Below, one piece after another: positions 49,701 through 64,000 of a DNA stretch of 64,000 nucleotides; position 1 is the first letter of the stretch; each line of letters opens with the position of its first letter. Below the pieces are notes generated by a model. The model was not told where the DNA came from, ran no database searches, and saw nothing but the letters and a program-made list of their open reading frames with translations. This DNA comes from Mytilus trossulus. Lineage: Eukaryota. Where the stretch lies: NCBI RefSeq assembly GCF_036588685.1, contig NC_086375.1:55676001-55740000 (forward strand), read 5' to 3'. The translations under genes and the position numbers were made by a program.

Positions 49701-52700
49701 CGTCCGTAACACTTTCATGTCCCCTCCATATCTAGAGAACCATTATGATTTCAAACTTTATACTTTACATGTTTATTAACCACCACCAGAGGGCGTGTCA
49801 TGATGTATGTACAACTTCCTAGGTCAAAGGTCAAGGTAAAAAAACTTTGGTTTCATTTGACAACCCTGTGTCCTGTGGTGAAGATCGTGTCCGCTCTATA
49901 TCTTGAGAACCGTTATGATTTTAAAGTTTATACTTGACATTCATTTTAACCAACACCAGAGGGTGTGTCATGATGTATGTACAACTTCCTAGGTCAAAGG
50001 TCAAGGTCAAAAACTGGTTTCAGTTGACAACCCTGTGTCCTGTGGTGAAGATCGTGTCCGCTCCATGTCTAGATAACCGTTATGATTTTATACTTAATAC
50101 TTAACACGTTTATTAACCAACACCAGAGGGTGTGTCATGATGTATGTACAACTTCCTAGGTCAAAGGTCAATGTCAAAAACTTTGGTTTCAGTGAACAAC
50201 CTTGTGTCCTGTGGTGAAGATAGTGTCCGCTCCATATCTAGATAACCGTTATGATTTCAAAGTTTATACTTGACATCCATGTTAACCACCACCAGACGGC
50301 GTGTCATGATGTATGTACAACTTCCTAGGTCAAAGGTCAAGGTAAAAAAAATTGTTTCAGTTGACAATCCTGTGTCCTGTGGTGAAGATCGTGTCCGCTC
50401 TATATCTTGAGAACCGTTATGATTTCAAATATTATACTTGACATCCATTTTAACCAACACCAGAGGGTGTGTCATGATGTATGTACAACTTCCTAGGTCA
50501 AAGGTCAAGGTAAAAAAAAAATTGGTTTTAGTTGACAACCCTGTGTCCTGTGGTGAAGATCGTGTCCGCTCTATATCTTGAGAACCGTTATGATTTCAAA
50601 TATTATACTTGACATCCATTTTAACCAACACCAGAGGGTGTGTCATGATGTATGTCCAACTTCCTAGGTCAAAGGATTGTCTGTCTGTTGGTCTGTTCAT
50701 CGCTAACAAATTTGATCCACACTATATTTTGAGAGGACAGCTGTTATTATTTCATCCTTTATACCTGACAAACATTTTCAACTTAACATATATATTAACC
50801 AACACCAGAGAATGTGTCATAATGTATGCATCCTAGGTCAAAGATCAGTCCGTCGGTCTGTCCATCCGTTCGTTGTTCTTAACAAATTCTGTCCGCTCTA
50901 CCTCTCGAGAACCGTTAATATTTCATACTTTATACTTGGTGGGTCATAATATATTGAAGGCATAATTCTAAAAATATGTGACAAATATCAATTGGGCAGC
51001 ACCTTTAATTATATTGTTCAAACATCAATCCATATATCCAGAAGTCACCTTAGAGTAGTCAACAATGAGTTCACATCATGCAGTCATATCACTATTATAC
51101 TATGAAAGTAAGTTGAGAATATTTATCAGTTTTAACTTTTAAAAAATCTTAGATTGAATCACACATGAGACTATGTAATAACTTCAAATAATGCTTCATA
51201 TCAGATCATCCATACAACTTATTTACCCCAAGTTATTGACAGCTGGGCCCACAGAGATGGCTCCCATCTCAATGATATCTAGTTTTCCATCTTTGAAAAC
51301 TTTTTTGTAACTATTCTGGTACAATAAAAGAAATTTGATTTCTCTTCAGGATCGTATTGTTGAAATGACATTAGATAAAGAATATGATGTAGCTGTACAA
51401 GGAATCAGATTAGTCATTAGCATATTAAGGTAAGTTATTTTCACCAAGTAATTGTTTTCAGTTGCATATATTCAATTTTTCCTTTTTCAGCTTTTTTAAA
51501 GCTTTTCTGATATCTGTATTCATAATTTTCTTTTACTATTTCCTAATTATACATGGGACATGGCTGTTAGTCCAAAAAAATCCAATTGTATAATATCCCA
51601 TGTAATGAAAGTAGCATAGATATATATATATATATATATATTTTCAACAATCCTTCAGTCTGTCACATATTTTGGATTATAAAGCAACTATAAGTGAAGT
51701 CATCTGTATAATAATCATTTATTTTGCAAAGCAAAAATAATTTAACACATCACAAACAATAATGATTAGCCTTCATTAATGAAACATTTTATGAGTATAC
51801 CTACGAAGCATGTTTTGATAATGATTTGAGACAATAGGTGTACTAAACAAAATAATTAAAATATTGTTTACCTTATGCAAGTGTAAAAGATTAATGTAAT
51901 TTAAAATGTAAACTGTACTTGCTCTCTTATTTTTAGATATAATGACACAATATTAAGTGACAAAGACTGTGAGAATGTTTATGAGTTGGTGTACTCTTCA
52001 AACAGACAAGTAGCCCAGGCTGCAGGAGAGTTTCTCAATACCAAGTTGTTTTTGAGGGATTACGAGGGGCCAAAGACATTGAAAATTCACAAAGGAAAGA
52101 AACAGAGTCTAAATGCACCACTGATTAGAGATTTAGTACAGTTCTTTATTGAGAGTGAGGTAATTCTGCGGTTCATTAGTTTATATTGAATCTTTAAAGA
52201 TATCTTTAAAGGTTATTTGCTTTCTCAACTGCAATCATTGACATTTTATATTGACAAAAAGTTAAGAAAAACAGAAAAAACAAGACGCAAAATTCTAAAG
52301 ACAAATCAAACATTTACTGTTGAAAACATTTGAAAATGTAGATTTAAAATCAATGTTTATTTTTACAGTTACATGAACATGCAGCCTATTTAGTGGACAG
52401 TTTATGGGATATCAATGATATGATGAAAGACTGGGATTGTATGACTGATTTATTATTAGATGAACCACAGAAAGGAGAAGAACGTGAGTTGATATAAAAA
52501 ATAGGGGATGTGGTATTATTGCAAAAAGACAAATATTCATCAAAATTCAAATGAAGTGCAAGTCAATGATTGTCTATTTATAGAATCAAATGATTTCATG
52601 AGCATTCTTTTATTTACAATCAAAATAGAGAAATTGTCAACTAAAAAATAGTTTCAAAACAAAACGAAAATAATAAACAGTATCTTAGTGATGAATTTAA

Positions 52701-55700
52701 ATAACCTGATACATTACAACCTTGAATTGTCCTGAAAATTTGCAGACCTGAATAACTAATTGATTTATTTGACAGCATTGGATGACCGACAAGAAACCAG
52801 TTTAATAGAAATAATGGTGTGTTGTGTTAAACAGGCTGCAACAGGTGAATCTCCAGTAGGCAGAGGACATAATAGAAAGGTAAAGATAAAATGGTTATAT
52901 AGGAAAATGATTTGTTTCAGGAAATATTGTTTGCCCTTTACTCGGAAGCTTGTAATATAAGTTTTTATTAGATTTTAGAAATTTTTCACTTTTGTTTGTA
53001 TTAGAGTGTTGTGTTTGTTGATTTTGAACTGAACTAGTTCAGTAGTTAAAATAAACCATGAATATTTTGATAGTTAAAGAAATCAAATGGAAACAGGGTT
53101 ATTCCCCTTTCATTGTTAAATATCATGAAGAAACTTAGGTCAGGTGTAAAAAATTATTTTAACAATAGGAAATGTTTTTGGAAAAATATATTTAATGGCT
53201 ATATGACGTAGATGTTCTATAATCACCTCATTGAGAAAAGTCATATTAAAAAAAGACATGAACAACATATTTGGTTTTATAAGGTACGTTGGTATGAATA
53301 CCTCTAAAGCTTTAAATAAATTATTCTTAATATTGAAGATAAAATCATTTCAGTATTACACTCCATGGTTTTAAAAATATGAGAGTTAACATTTTTAAAA
53401 GAAAGTAGTTTTGAAATATTTGATTTTTTTTTCTGGTTTTGCTAAAGTTTGCACACGAGCAGATAAAACTTGTGAAGCTTTAAGAATTTTTAAGTTGGTA
53501 GTAAGCCTCTATCCAGGAAGTCCAGGAAAAATTGTATCCAAGGAATATAAATACATCCACAATTAATATTTTACAAAGATTCTACTGCTAATTTAGTTCT
53601 CTTATAAGTTATATGATTATTTGCAATGTGAATGATCATCAGAGTTTATTTTTTAACATTTCAAATTCTTTCTCAACAGTTAACTGCTAAAGAAACAAAG
53701 AATGTTTCAGAAGATAAGACCAGATTAACAGAACATTTTATCTCCACATTACCACAGTTACTTCTCAAGGTAAGATCTCCATGTCAACTGTTTATAACCT
53801 TTTTGAGGTGTTTGTACCTATAAATACTACTTTTAAATCTATTTCCTCCGTTTTAGCATTAGATTTTTATTTTTTAAGTGTTCAAACTGTTAGGAGCATT
53901 ATCTTTATACAATTTAAAAACTTTATATCAAATATTGTGTCTCCTTTAAGAAAATACATATACATTTAGAAATTATAATAATTATCTATATAACATGAAT
54001 TTTAGTACCTGATGGATCCAGAAAAGGTTGCCAATCTACTGTTGGTACCACAGTACTTTGAATTGGACATCTACACAGCTAGTAGGCAAGAAAAGGTACA
54101 GTAGCTTAAATCATAGCATAAATGATTTATTCCATAACTGGTTAGGGAAATGTTCTTGTTCTTCATTATTATCTTTATATTTTACTGGTATGAAAAGATA
54201 TTTAAATGGAATGACTTACAGATTGTGTTATAATAAGAAAATATTCAGAACAATAACTCTTTAGTAAGACTACTTCACTGATTCAAAAAAGAAAGACATA
54301 ATGCCTGCAACAGGTTAGGTCTAAAGAGATTTAGTCAAACATGTCTACAGTGAGCTTTGCATGACAGCATTTAACTATAATTTGAGCATGAAAGCCTTAA
54401 TTGATAGATGTAATGTGTCATTTAAATCAGGAAATCCATCAATGGTATCTTGATTTTGCTTTAACAGTATTGACAAATTTCTTATTGTAATATTTTATAT
54501 ATTTTCAGAATTTAGAAGCTTTATTGAGGTATTTACATGAAGTTGTAGAGAAACATACAGACACAGAGGTAATTAGGAATTGTGTATTTGTTATGACAAA
54601 GAAATTGTTTGAATTGATTAAACTTTAGTTACATTTATAAATATATGTTATTTATGCTGTTGAGCAAATGTGTTTCAATATAGCATTATTAAAAACATGC
54701 AACTCCAAGCTTCATATGCAAATGATGCTCAACTACAAATGTTGTGCTGAGAAAGATTTGTTTACTTTTAAAATTGATATATATATGCAAGTGTCTGCCA
54801 TGTTTAATTGTTCAAACTATATGACGTTATAATTTAATACTCACCTTTTTGTAGGTTCTAGAAGCCTGTTCTAAGTGCTATGAATGTTTATGTTGTGAGG
54901 AATATGCTATTGCTGGGAAATGTGATGTGGCCAGGAAAACTTTGATAGATAGTTTGGTTGTTAAATTTAAAGAGGCAATGCAAGATTTCTTTGCAGAGGT
55001 AAGCATATTTACACCATAAAAAAATCCATATTATGTGACCAGTGAGGTTTTGTCAATTTGATAATGAACTGACATTTTATGATCTACTTTTATCATTTCT
55101 ACAACTATACCACCAAAGCTCCACTAGCTAAATTTTAATTTCATTTTCATTTTCACTTTCTATTTATATGTATAATGATGTCAAAACAACCATTACTGTA
55201 CACTACTACCACAGAACACATAAATCACTAAATTTGTACTTCACTGTTTGATTTCATATGCTATATTGTCTTGACGACTACAAGCTTGATGGCGAATCAT
55301 GTTGACCATAAGAAACCAATACCTTGCGCTAATTTACGAGTGTTGTTGACTTTATTGTCATTTTATATTTTACCTTGGTGAAATCTGTGAATACCTTTCG
55401 TTATCCACCTGCTAATTTCCATACTGCACAAATTCTACTTGAGGTGTTGGTATACCATATTTTATATTATTTGAATGTACATATTTATCCTGAAGTTATT
55501 TATCATATGTAGGGAGAAGAACCAGATGAAGATGAGATATTTGCCTTGACGGCCAGTTTGAAGAGGATTTATGCATTTTACAGGTATATTGTCTTATTGT
55601 GGCAATTTGTTAAGAGATACAGTTTGACCATTTATCTTTGACGTTTTAGATTTTAAATTCATCTAAACAGTGCGAAAAATTATAAATCATTGAATTTTAT

Positions 55701-58700
55701 GTTGACCTGCAAATAGTTGGTTTTAAATTAGTAAAAAAAAATCATAAATATGTAGAGAAGGGATATTATCAACTACAACCTGTGCTTTATTACAATGTTT
55801 AATTTTACTTCCTACTGATAAATAAAAGCAATCTTTACCTTTCAGTGCTTAAAGCACTTTGATTGAAGAAAATTTGTACATGAAGGATTTCAAGAAATAA
55901 TGTATAGGTGTCAGAAAAAAATTCCGGAAATTTCAGAGATCATTCATTTATGTACCTTGATATATAAAATATATAAAAAGTGGACATTTATTGTATTTGA
56001 TACAATATATTGATAACAAAAATCATATCAAAGGAGAAAACTATCACAAAATCAATAATTTACAAGAAAAATAATGTCATTACTGTAACATTGATTTTGA
56101 CATTTATTTTCAGTTGTCATAACCTGACCAGTTGGGACTTATGGGATGACATTTTTAGCATTATCAAGAATGGAAATGAAAATCAAACTATCCCAGATGA
56201 GGTATCTATTAATAAGACATGATTGAGCTGTAGTATTGAGTGTATATTAGAAAAAATAATTATCATGAAAATTAAAGACATAAAATTTCAAATAATGGTT
56301 TCCTAAACCTTTCTTAAGGCTGGTTAGTCTCATAAACTGGCAGGACAACACTTGTTTGATAGTAATGTGTAACTAAAAAATCCCCAAACTGGAAGATGTG
56401 CTCTAATTGATATTTGTTTTTTCCCTTTCAGATTGTAAGTAAAGCCATGTCATCAGCTTCCATGTCAGTATTATGGTATCTACAGAAGTTAGATGAGAAT
56501 AATCCCAGTAAAGTAAGTTATAATACATTGTTAATTTCAATCTCTTAATTAAATAATCAATATCCTTTAGATACTACACATTTGAAACTGATATGAGAGT
56601 AAACAGAAGTCTAACTTAATGTGTGTCTTAAATAATCTGCAGGGGCACCTGTTTGGCAAAAAATTGAACCTGAGCCTTTTGTAGATCCTGTTATTAAAAC
56701 TGGTAATATCTGCATCTCAGATATAAAAATGCAAGTATAGGTCGATTGATTTTGATAAAAAGGAGTAGGACTGATAAGGACCGATTTTGGCCTCAAATTT
56801 CAGGTTCATCTGACAAAAGATTTTGACGACTTTTTAAACACTTAAATGTCTATTTCATTTGATTCATTTAGTTTATGTGAAAGATTTCAACTGAGTAGGC
56901 ATTAAAAAATGATCCTATTCAAGCTTAAATTTGAAAAATCTACCAAATATGCCGAAAAATGTCATTTTTCAGATGGTTTTAGTCAAAATTGAAAGTGCCC
57001 ACATCCGTGTTCATCCTCAACCTTTATATATATTATGTATTATCATCAAATACAACTAACATTTCAATATTAAGGATGAACATGAATGCGGCCACTTGCG
57101 TTTTACACGGAAACCGTCTAAAATTTAACTAAAATGCTAGAATTGTGAAGATTTCAGTAATTTAGCATGACTTAACGTTGCTAGTAGCTGATATATGTGC
57201 ATTGTATTGCCAAAAATAGCCCATATTCATGTAGCAGAAGCATTCTTCTGTCCAATAGATAACTAAAAGTTTACATTTTAACAATTTTATAAAACTGCTA
57301 TATTTTGGGGCCAAAAAGGGGTCTTACTGGACCTACTCCTTTGTTATCATGTTTCCATATATTTTCCTACAACTGGATTTCAAGACTTAATGGTTCAATC
57401 TTTTTGGCTGCAGACTTGCTTCTAACAGCTTGAAAAATGTAAATAATTCTAATCATCTAGAGGTTAACACTATGAACATTTGTTGTATTTATTTGCAGGA
57501 CGAGATGAAGGCATTGAGAAAACGATTGAATGACCTGTTGAAGTACTGTCATGAGTTGATGTATCATCCTAAAGATAGAGTTAACGAGGAGGCATTTATA
57601 ACTATCTGTGACTTGTTAATTGTGTTCAGTAAAAACATGGCTAACAATGACATGATGAAACCATTAGTCTATGAACCAGACAAGAATCTACAACAACAAC
57701 TTAGTAACTTTCTCACAGATAAAGTCTTTGTAGATGATGAAGATGGTAGGTGTTTTCATGTTTGTTTATAATTTGAAGCTTCATATAACATGAATGAATA
57801 ATACACAAAAAAAAGACTACAGTTGACTTTGCCTGTCATGTTTATGTAACTTTGCCAGTGTCTGACAAACCTTTGTAAACATTATATATATATACTCACA
57901 GACTAAATGGTTTGGCAATAATCCTATATCTATCCCTATCCATTCATCTCTTCATGACTTTCATTATGTTAGTGATTTTCATATTTCCTTTTCAGGTACT
58001 GGCTCTAACTAGATAATGAAATAGTTTTAATTTTTTTCATACTGATGGAGAACAAGTTTTTTAGAAATTACTTTGTTCCTTTATTAAGAAATGCAGGTGA
58101 TATTAAGATATGCAAGGCATTTACTTCCTGTTTGAAATTTTTTTACTTTATTCTATGGTGTGCAAAAGTTATACATTGTTTTTAATTTAATCTTTGTTTA
58201 CAGATGATGTTGATGAAAATGTAAAGATAGAAGAACTACACAAGAGAAGAAACTTCCTGGCTTGTTTCTGTAAACTTATTGTCTACAATATTGTGGGGAT
58301 CAGGGTGGCTGCTGATATGTTCAAACATTACATGAAGGTATAAACAATGCCCAAAATATTTTAAGTAAAAACAAAGAACATGACATGATCTCTGATAACT
58401 CAACAGCATGATAAGGCTCTATAAAAATGATTGAAAAATTATATGAATTGTGCAAAAAAATCTTCAATACCAAAATGTCAAAAGTATTAACAATGATGGA
58501 AAATGCAAAGCATATACAAAATCAATAATTCATTTCTAGGATAGGCATAGTTGGATGGGTATAATAGGTTATGTATATATATTATGTTATATAGGTAATT
58601 TAAAATGAAAAATATAAGAGAGATGAAACTGACTGGCTAGTTTCAGCAAATTTGTTGCTACAATTTTGTTATGATCAGTGACTCATGTTCTGACCTAAAA

Positions 58701-61700
58701 AAATAAAAGAATGGTAAATGAAGATCTAATATTTCTTCCATTGCAGTTTTATAATGATTATGGAGATATCATTAAAGCTACATTAAGTAAAGCAAGAGAG
58801 ATCAACAAAGTCACCACAGCCAAAACATTAGCCCTTAGTTTGACACAGGTATGTTGCTCTTGCTAATTTAAAAAAAATAATTTGTATGCCCCACCTACAA
58901 TAGTAGAGGGGCATTATGTTTTCTGGTCTGTGCGTCTGTTGGTCTGTTCGTCCGTCTGTCCTGCTTCAGGTTAAAGTTTTTGGTCAAGGTAGTTTTTGAT
59001 GAATTTGAAGACCAATCGACTTCAAACTTAGTACACATGTTCCCTATGATATGATCATTCTAATTTTAATGCCAAATAAGAGTTTTTACCCCAATTTCAC
59101 GGTCCACTGAACATGGAAAATGATAGTGCGAGTGGGGCATTCGTGTACTAAGGACACATTCTTGTTTATTTCTACTATCTTGTAAGAAAATCATACAGTT
59201 AATACTTAATTTTTATGCCCCACCTACAATAGTAGAGGGGCATTATGTTTTCTGGTCTGTGCCTCCGTTCGTCCGTCCGTGGGTCCGTTCGTCCTGCTCA
59301 GGTTAAAGTTTTTAGTCAAGGTAGTTTTTGATGAAGTTGAAGTTCAATCAACTTGGAACTTACTACACATGTTCCCAATGATATAATCTTTCTAATTTTA
59401 ATGCCAAGTTATAGTTTTGACCCCAATTTCATGGTCCACTGAACATAGAAAATGATAGTGCGAAGCTCAGGTTAAAGTTTTTGGTCAAGGTAGTTTTTGA
59501 TGAAGTTAAAGTCCAATCAACTTGAAACTTAGTATACATGTTCCCTATGATATGATCTTTCTAAATTTAATTCCAAATTTAAGTATTGACACCAATTTCA
59601 CGGTCCACTGAACATGGAAAGTTATAGTGCGAGTGGGGCATCAGTGTACTATGGACACATTCTTGTTTTAGAATTTATCTGTTAGCATCAAGATTTGGTG
59701 AATGTGAATTTATTTATACATTTTTTTTGTTTAAGATTTTTGTATTAGAAAAGGAAACAATTCATTCCATTTGATTATTGTGTCTTAATATGCATAATTT
59801 GATAGATTTTTGAAATACATAACTTTACTATAACGCACTAGTTAGAATCTTAAGCTAAAAACTTACTTCATTATATTATTTTTTCAGTTATACAGAGAAC
59901 AGTTTTCAGATGGCGGTCCCATTGATAGATCCTCAGACTCCTTCCAATCATTAAAGGTTGGCAGATTTTTTCATTTTTTTTGTTTAAAGATTTAAAATAT
60001 TTTATCAATTTGAATTATGTTTATCTGTTAAAAATAAAGTGTTAACAAAGATTACTGTACAAATGTTTTCAGTAAAATAAAAGGAGCATTCCTTGGGTTT
60101 CCCTTAAGCAAATAATGGACTTTTCAAGGGCCAGGTTTATCAATTTGTAATCTGACTTTACATTTATTTGAGTAATATCTAGTGTCTTGTGCTTTCATCA
60201 TATTCATTGGTTAAATATTACAGGAATTAGCTAGAAGATTTGCACTTTCTTTTGGTTTGGATGCTGTCAAGAACAGAGAAGCAGTAGCTGCAATGCACAA
60301 GTAAGTCTGATTTAATTAACTGTGATGGAATATGGCCTTGATGGCTTCATTATTGAAGAACATTGGAATTATTTTAATGTCAACTAGGATTGACTGGTAT
60401 TTATTACAAATTTCATACTAAAATTTACCTTTAATATATCTTTATATTACTTTCTTTTGTTTTATGATAGTTTTTATGCCCCACCTACGATAGTAGAGGG
60501 GCATTATGTTTTCTGGTCTGTGCCTCCGTTCGTTGGTTCGTCCGTCCGTCTGTGCGTCCGTTCGTCCTGCTTCAGGTTAAAGTTTTTGGTCGAGGTAGTT
60601 TTTGATGAAGTTGAAGTCCAATCAGTTTGAAACTTAGTACACATGTTCCCCATGATATGATCTTTCTAATTTTAATGCCAAATTATAGTTTTGACCCCAA
60701 TTACATGGTCCACTGAACATAGAAAATGATAGTGCAAAGTTCAGGTTAAAGTTTTTGGTCGAAGTAGTTTTTGATGAAGTTAAAGTTACATCAACTTGAA
60801 ACTTAGTACACATGTTCCCTATGACATGATATTTCTAATTTTAATTCCAAATTAAAGTTCTCTACCCCAATTTTCACGGTCCACTGAACACAGAAAATGA
60901 TAGTGCGAGTGGGGCATCCGTGTACTATGGACACATTCTTGTTTATGCCTAACCTACAGCACATTACGTTTTCTAGTCCTGCGTCTGTTTATGGCTAAAT
61001 TTATTATGTTTAGAATTTTGAATTGAAAATTGAAATTTATATGCTTAATTATCGTAGGTGGGGCATAAACATGAAATGATATGATAATAGATTTAGAGTT
61101 ATACCAAGTTGGGAAAATGTTGTTTTTTTTTGTACGTTTCTGTAACAAGATTTTGGTTTAAAAATGAGTTCTGACATACACAATTTTGAATGCCTATTAA
61201 TGCCTATTAAAATTTAGCTATCTAAAATTGTGAAGCAAATGAAAAGATTCAGATGTTATTTAATGATATTGTTTATTTACAGGGAAGGTATCTTGTTCAG
61301 CTTATCTCGACCAGATGATCATAGAGATCATTCAGGACCTCCACCATATCTTACATTCTTAGAAATCTTGTCAGAATTTACAAACAAGTTGATGAAACCA
61401 GACAGAAGAGTTGTGTAAGTAAACATATGTGTATTTTAATTGATTTAAATAAGTGTTGGTGTTCTTTGTTTTAGATGTAATGACATCTCCTCAACCAGAT
61501 AACAAATAAAAAGTTGAATGAAACCAATAATATTCTAGACAGTATTGAAAAAATTTGTAAGGGTTCCGCGGAACCCAGTGTCTCGCCTATTTTTGCTGTA
61601 AATCGCAGGCTCAACAACAATGAGGAAAAAAATCAATAAAAATATTCCTCTTGTTACTATTCTATGATTGTAAGAAAATCTAAGTCCATTTAAAAGTAAA

Positions 61701-63476
61701 TTACAGAAAAAACTGAGTAATCTTTCTACAAATTTCACTTCTGGATACAATCTTATGATCATAAATAAGCTTCTGTCAAAGTTTGGTACAGACCCAGGAT
61801 AGTTTAAGAAAGTTATTAAAATTTTAAAAACTTTAACCACAGAGTGAATGTAATGATTCCCTGCAGAAAAACTAAGTCCATTTAAAAGTAAAATATGGAA
61901 AAAATGGATTCATTTATTTACAAAATTTACTTCTGGATACTATCTTATGATCACAAACAAGCTTCTGTCCAAGTTTGGTACAAACCCAGGATATTTTAAG
62001 AAAGTTATTAAAATTCTAAAAACTTTAACCACAGAGTGAATGTAATGTTTCCCCGCAGAAAAAAAAGTCCATTTAAAAGTAAAATATGGAAAAAATTGAT
62101 TTATTTATTTACAAAATTTACTTCTGGATACTATCTTTTGATCATAAACAAGCTTCTGTCCAAGTTTGGTACAAACCCAGGATAGTTTGAGAAAGTTATT
62201 AAAATTCTAAAAACTTTAACCACAGAGTGAATGTTTTGTTTCCCCGCAGAAAAAACTAAGTCCATTTATAGTAAAATTAGGAAAAAATGGAATTTTATTT
62301 TTACAAAATTTACTTCTGGATACTATCTTATGATCATAAACAATCTTCTGTCCAAGTTTGGTAGAAATCCAGTATAGTTTAAGAAAGTTATTAAAATTTC
62401 AAAAACTTTAACCACAGAGTGAATATTTGTTGACGCCGACGCCGACGGAATGTAGGATCGCTTAGTCTCGCTCTTTCGACTAAAGTCGAAGGCTCGACAA
62501 AAAACTATCATTCTAACTGAAAGCAGATGATTCAAAGTACCTGAAACAATCACTAATGTCAAGATAAAAGTACAATCTAAATAACAAAAATACTATACAG
62601 TATCAAAGAAGTCTCAAAATTAAACAAATAAGGTACATAACCATGAATATTTTACTTTAAAACTGGAATATTTGTTTTTTAAAAACATTGTTTATATTTC
62701 AGCTTGGCCTACTTGGATAAGAATTTACCTGATGGAGGTATATCTAGTACTGAGGACTGGCAGTCACTGATAGCTTATAGAAATAGTTTACTACAGGGAG
62801 AAAGTGAGGTCCATCCTGTCACCTTAAAACAAGCTTCAGCTCGGAGATATGGCAAGCGTAAACAGATGCCAGATGGTAATTTATTGAATGCTTTGCATAA
62901 AACTTTTTAGTTTGTCCAATTGTTTTGAATTCCTTCTAAGAATTTGACTATTAGAGTTAAAGGCATATATACACCCTAGGTATCTCATTATGAATGTTAC
63001 ATTATATTTAATTTCCAATATTTGGTTTCAACATATCTGACCAGAAATATATTTTTGAATTTTGTATTTTTTTAATACCCTGATTACTGAGTTGAAGCAC
63101 TAGCAAGTGGACAGTTTTAATTGTTATGGACTTGATTTATTTGTTCCTTGTTTAAGAATGTTACAATTTTACATAGGTACATCATTCTCTGCAGATTCTT
63201 AATCATAATTGAATATATTAACATGTCAGTTGCTTTATGCAGGGAAAATCTACATATTTTGGAGGAATGTGAATTAGGAACTAATGAAAATGTAATGTTT
63301 CTAGTTTCAGATCATGATTCTAACACAGGTGATTGGCAGGATCATTCAGCTATGACACCTGCTCCAGGTATAGGTGGTCCTCAGTTGACATCAACTGCTG
63401 TTAAGAGGAGGAGGATGGACGAGGAAAGTCTTGGAGGGGCATCAGAACCAGGATCTGAACAAGACTTTGAAGGATC
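43719..63476 (+). CDS. STAG1: Cohesin subunit SA (stromalin/Scc3; STAG1/2 co-orthologue), 28 coding exons, ~1130 aa in window, 3' partial
   Basis: Exons 43719-43795, 44412-44496, 45205-45360, 45939-46112, 46605-46809, 47417-47568, 47838-47911, 48622-48745, 49025-49123, 51350-51429, 51937-52159, 52369-52483, 52776-52879, 53680-53769, 54006-54095, 54509-54568, 54855-54998, 55513-55583, 56114-56201, 56432-56512, 57499-57745, 58204-58337, 58747-58848, 59888-59956, 60224-60300, 61283-61414, 62703-62875, 63311-63476. All are GT-AG and phase-compatible. Hallmarks include [65 protein letters not shown] and [10 protein letters not shown]. The next acceptor is at 63998. Confidence 0.97.
46376..46560. 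mobile_element. Small MITE in a STAG intron
   Basis: TIR CAATT(C/G)GC(T/C)GTTTCAGAATCTAA. ATCAAT is repeated on both flanks. Confidence 0.65.
49664..50943 (+). repeat. HINE-like tandem array, ~6-7 x ~169-bp core
   Basis: (GTCC)n microsatellite at ~49685, then TGTCATGATGTATGTACAACTTCCTAGGTCAAAGG recurring at ~49796, 49966, 50132, 50302, 50470, 50641 and (degenerate) 50815. Confidence 0.85.
56761..57340. mobile_element. MITE, inverted copy of the 17428 element
   Basis: AGGAGTAGG...CCTACTCCT termini and internal homology. Confidence 0.8.
58884..60944 (+). mobile_element. Three HINE-like elements of one family (58884-59166, 59212-59668, 60472-60944)
   Basis: Each begins TATGCCCCACCTAC..TAGTAGAGGGGCAT, has (GTCC/GTTC)n, carries 1, 2 or 2 core units, and ends GTGGGGCAT..GTGTAC..GGACACATTCTTGTT. 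Confidence 0.85.
61546..62503 (-). mobile_element. HINE-like element with ~4 x 192-bp core
   Basis: Palindrome GGGTTCCGCGGAACCC at 61561, cores at ~61828, 62021, 62212 and 62404, (GACGCC)n, terminal TTCGAC..GTCGAA hairpin. Confidence 0.8.
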
Positions 63477-64000
63477 GTAAGTACCAACATTTTCAGCTTT
63501 AATTCTCTTGGTGTTTTTTTTTTGGTTCATTTCATTCTATTTCATTTAGGTTTATTTTGCTTTCACTGTTACTTGTTTGCCTCATTTAAATGTAACCTGT
63601 TGATATGGAGTTATCCAGAAGAAAAAGCTCACTAATCTAAATTTAATACTTATTGACAAAACAGATCAACAAGTTGTAACTTCCTAAGTAACTGACAATT
63701 GTAAATAAGGGTAAATCAAGGTAGTCAAGCATAATAGAAACAAAATGTAGTAGTCATTCTGAGTTTTATATTTGAATTCTTATATCAGATCATTAAAAGT
63801 GTTCTACAACCATATGATTTCATGTAAAGATGCATACTGTTTTTAAGATAAAACATTCTCCAACAAAAAGGTATAAATCACTTTTCCTGAATACTTCCTG
63901 GCTGATATCAGACTTGAATCCAAGTGCATTCCAGATACTAATTAACCACAATTTTCTCTACTTTTCATGCTAAAGTTAACTTTCATTTCTGTTTTCAGTT

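Noticed and set aside
49664-50943. CRISPR-like array
   Set aside because: Eukaryotic context, and whole units repeat with no unique spacers.

Overview
AT-rich, intron-rich animal genomic DNA, inferred to be a bivalve and most likely a Mytilus mussel from its repeat families. Protein-coding content, reconstructed by hand from GT-AG splice sites with every exon phase checked: (i) a tandem cluster of four 3-exon LITAF/SIMPLE-domain paralogues (2.3-28.2 kb, orientation +,+,-,+), two with PPxY-rich N-termini and two without; (ii) an intronless 546-aa ANL-family acyl-CoA synthetase/AMP-ligase (32691-34331); (iii) the cohesin subunit STAG/SA, with 28 coding exons from 43719 that continue past the window end. 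The most notable non-coding feature is a dispersed repeat with a ~350-390 nt monomer carrying a minimal type I hammerhead ribozyme (CUGAUGA...GAAA-CGCGCG-UC), i.e. non-LTR retrozymes. There are about nine copies, three with intact cores, all three in introns of LITAF paralogue 2. Degenerate Penelope-type RT fragments lie nearby. Also present are a 2.8-kb CAC...GTG element with a 5-bp TSD (Transib/RAG-like signature), many Helentron/HINE-like elements carrying different satellite cores, nested MITEs, and an unexplained GC-rich, helix-dense island at ~37.0-37.4 kb. Most ORFs in the supplied track are spurious or are exon fragments.
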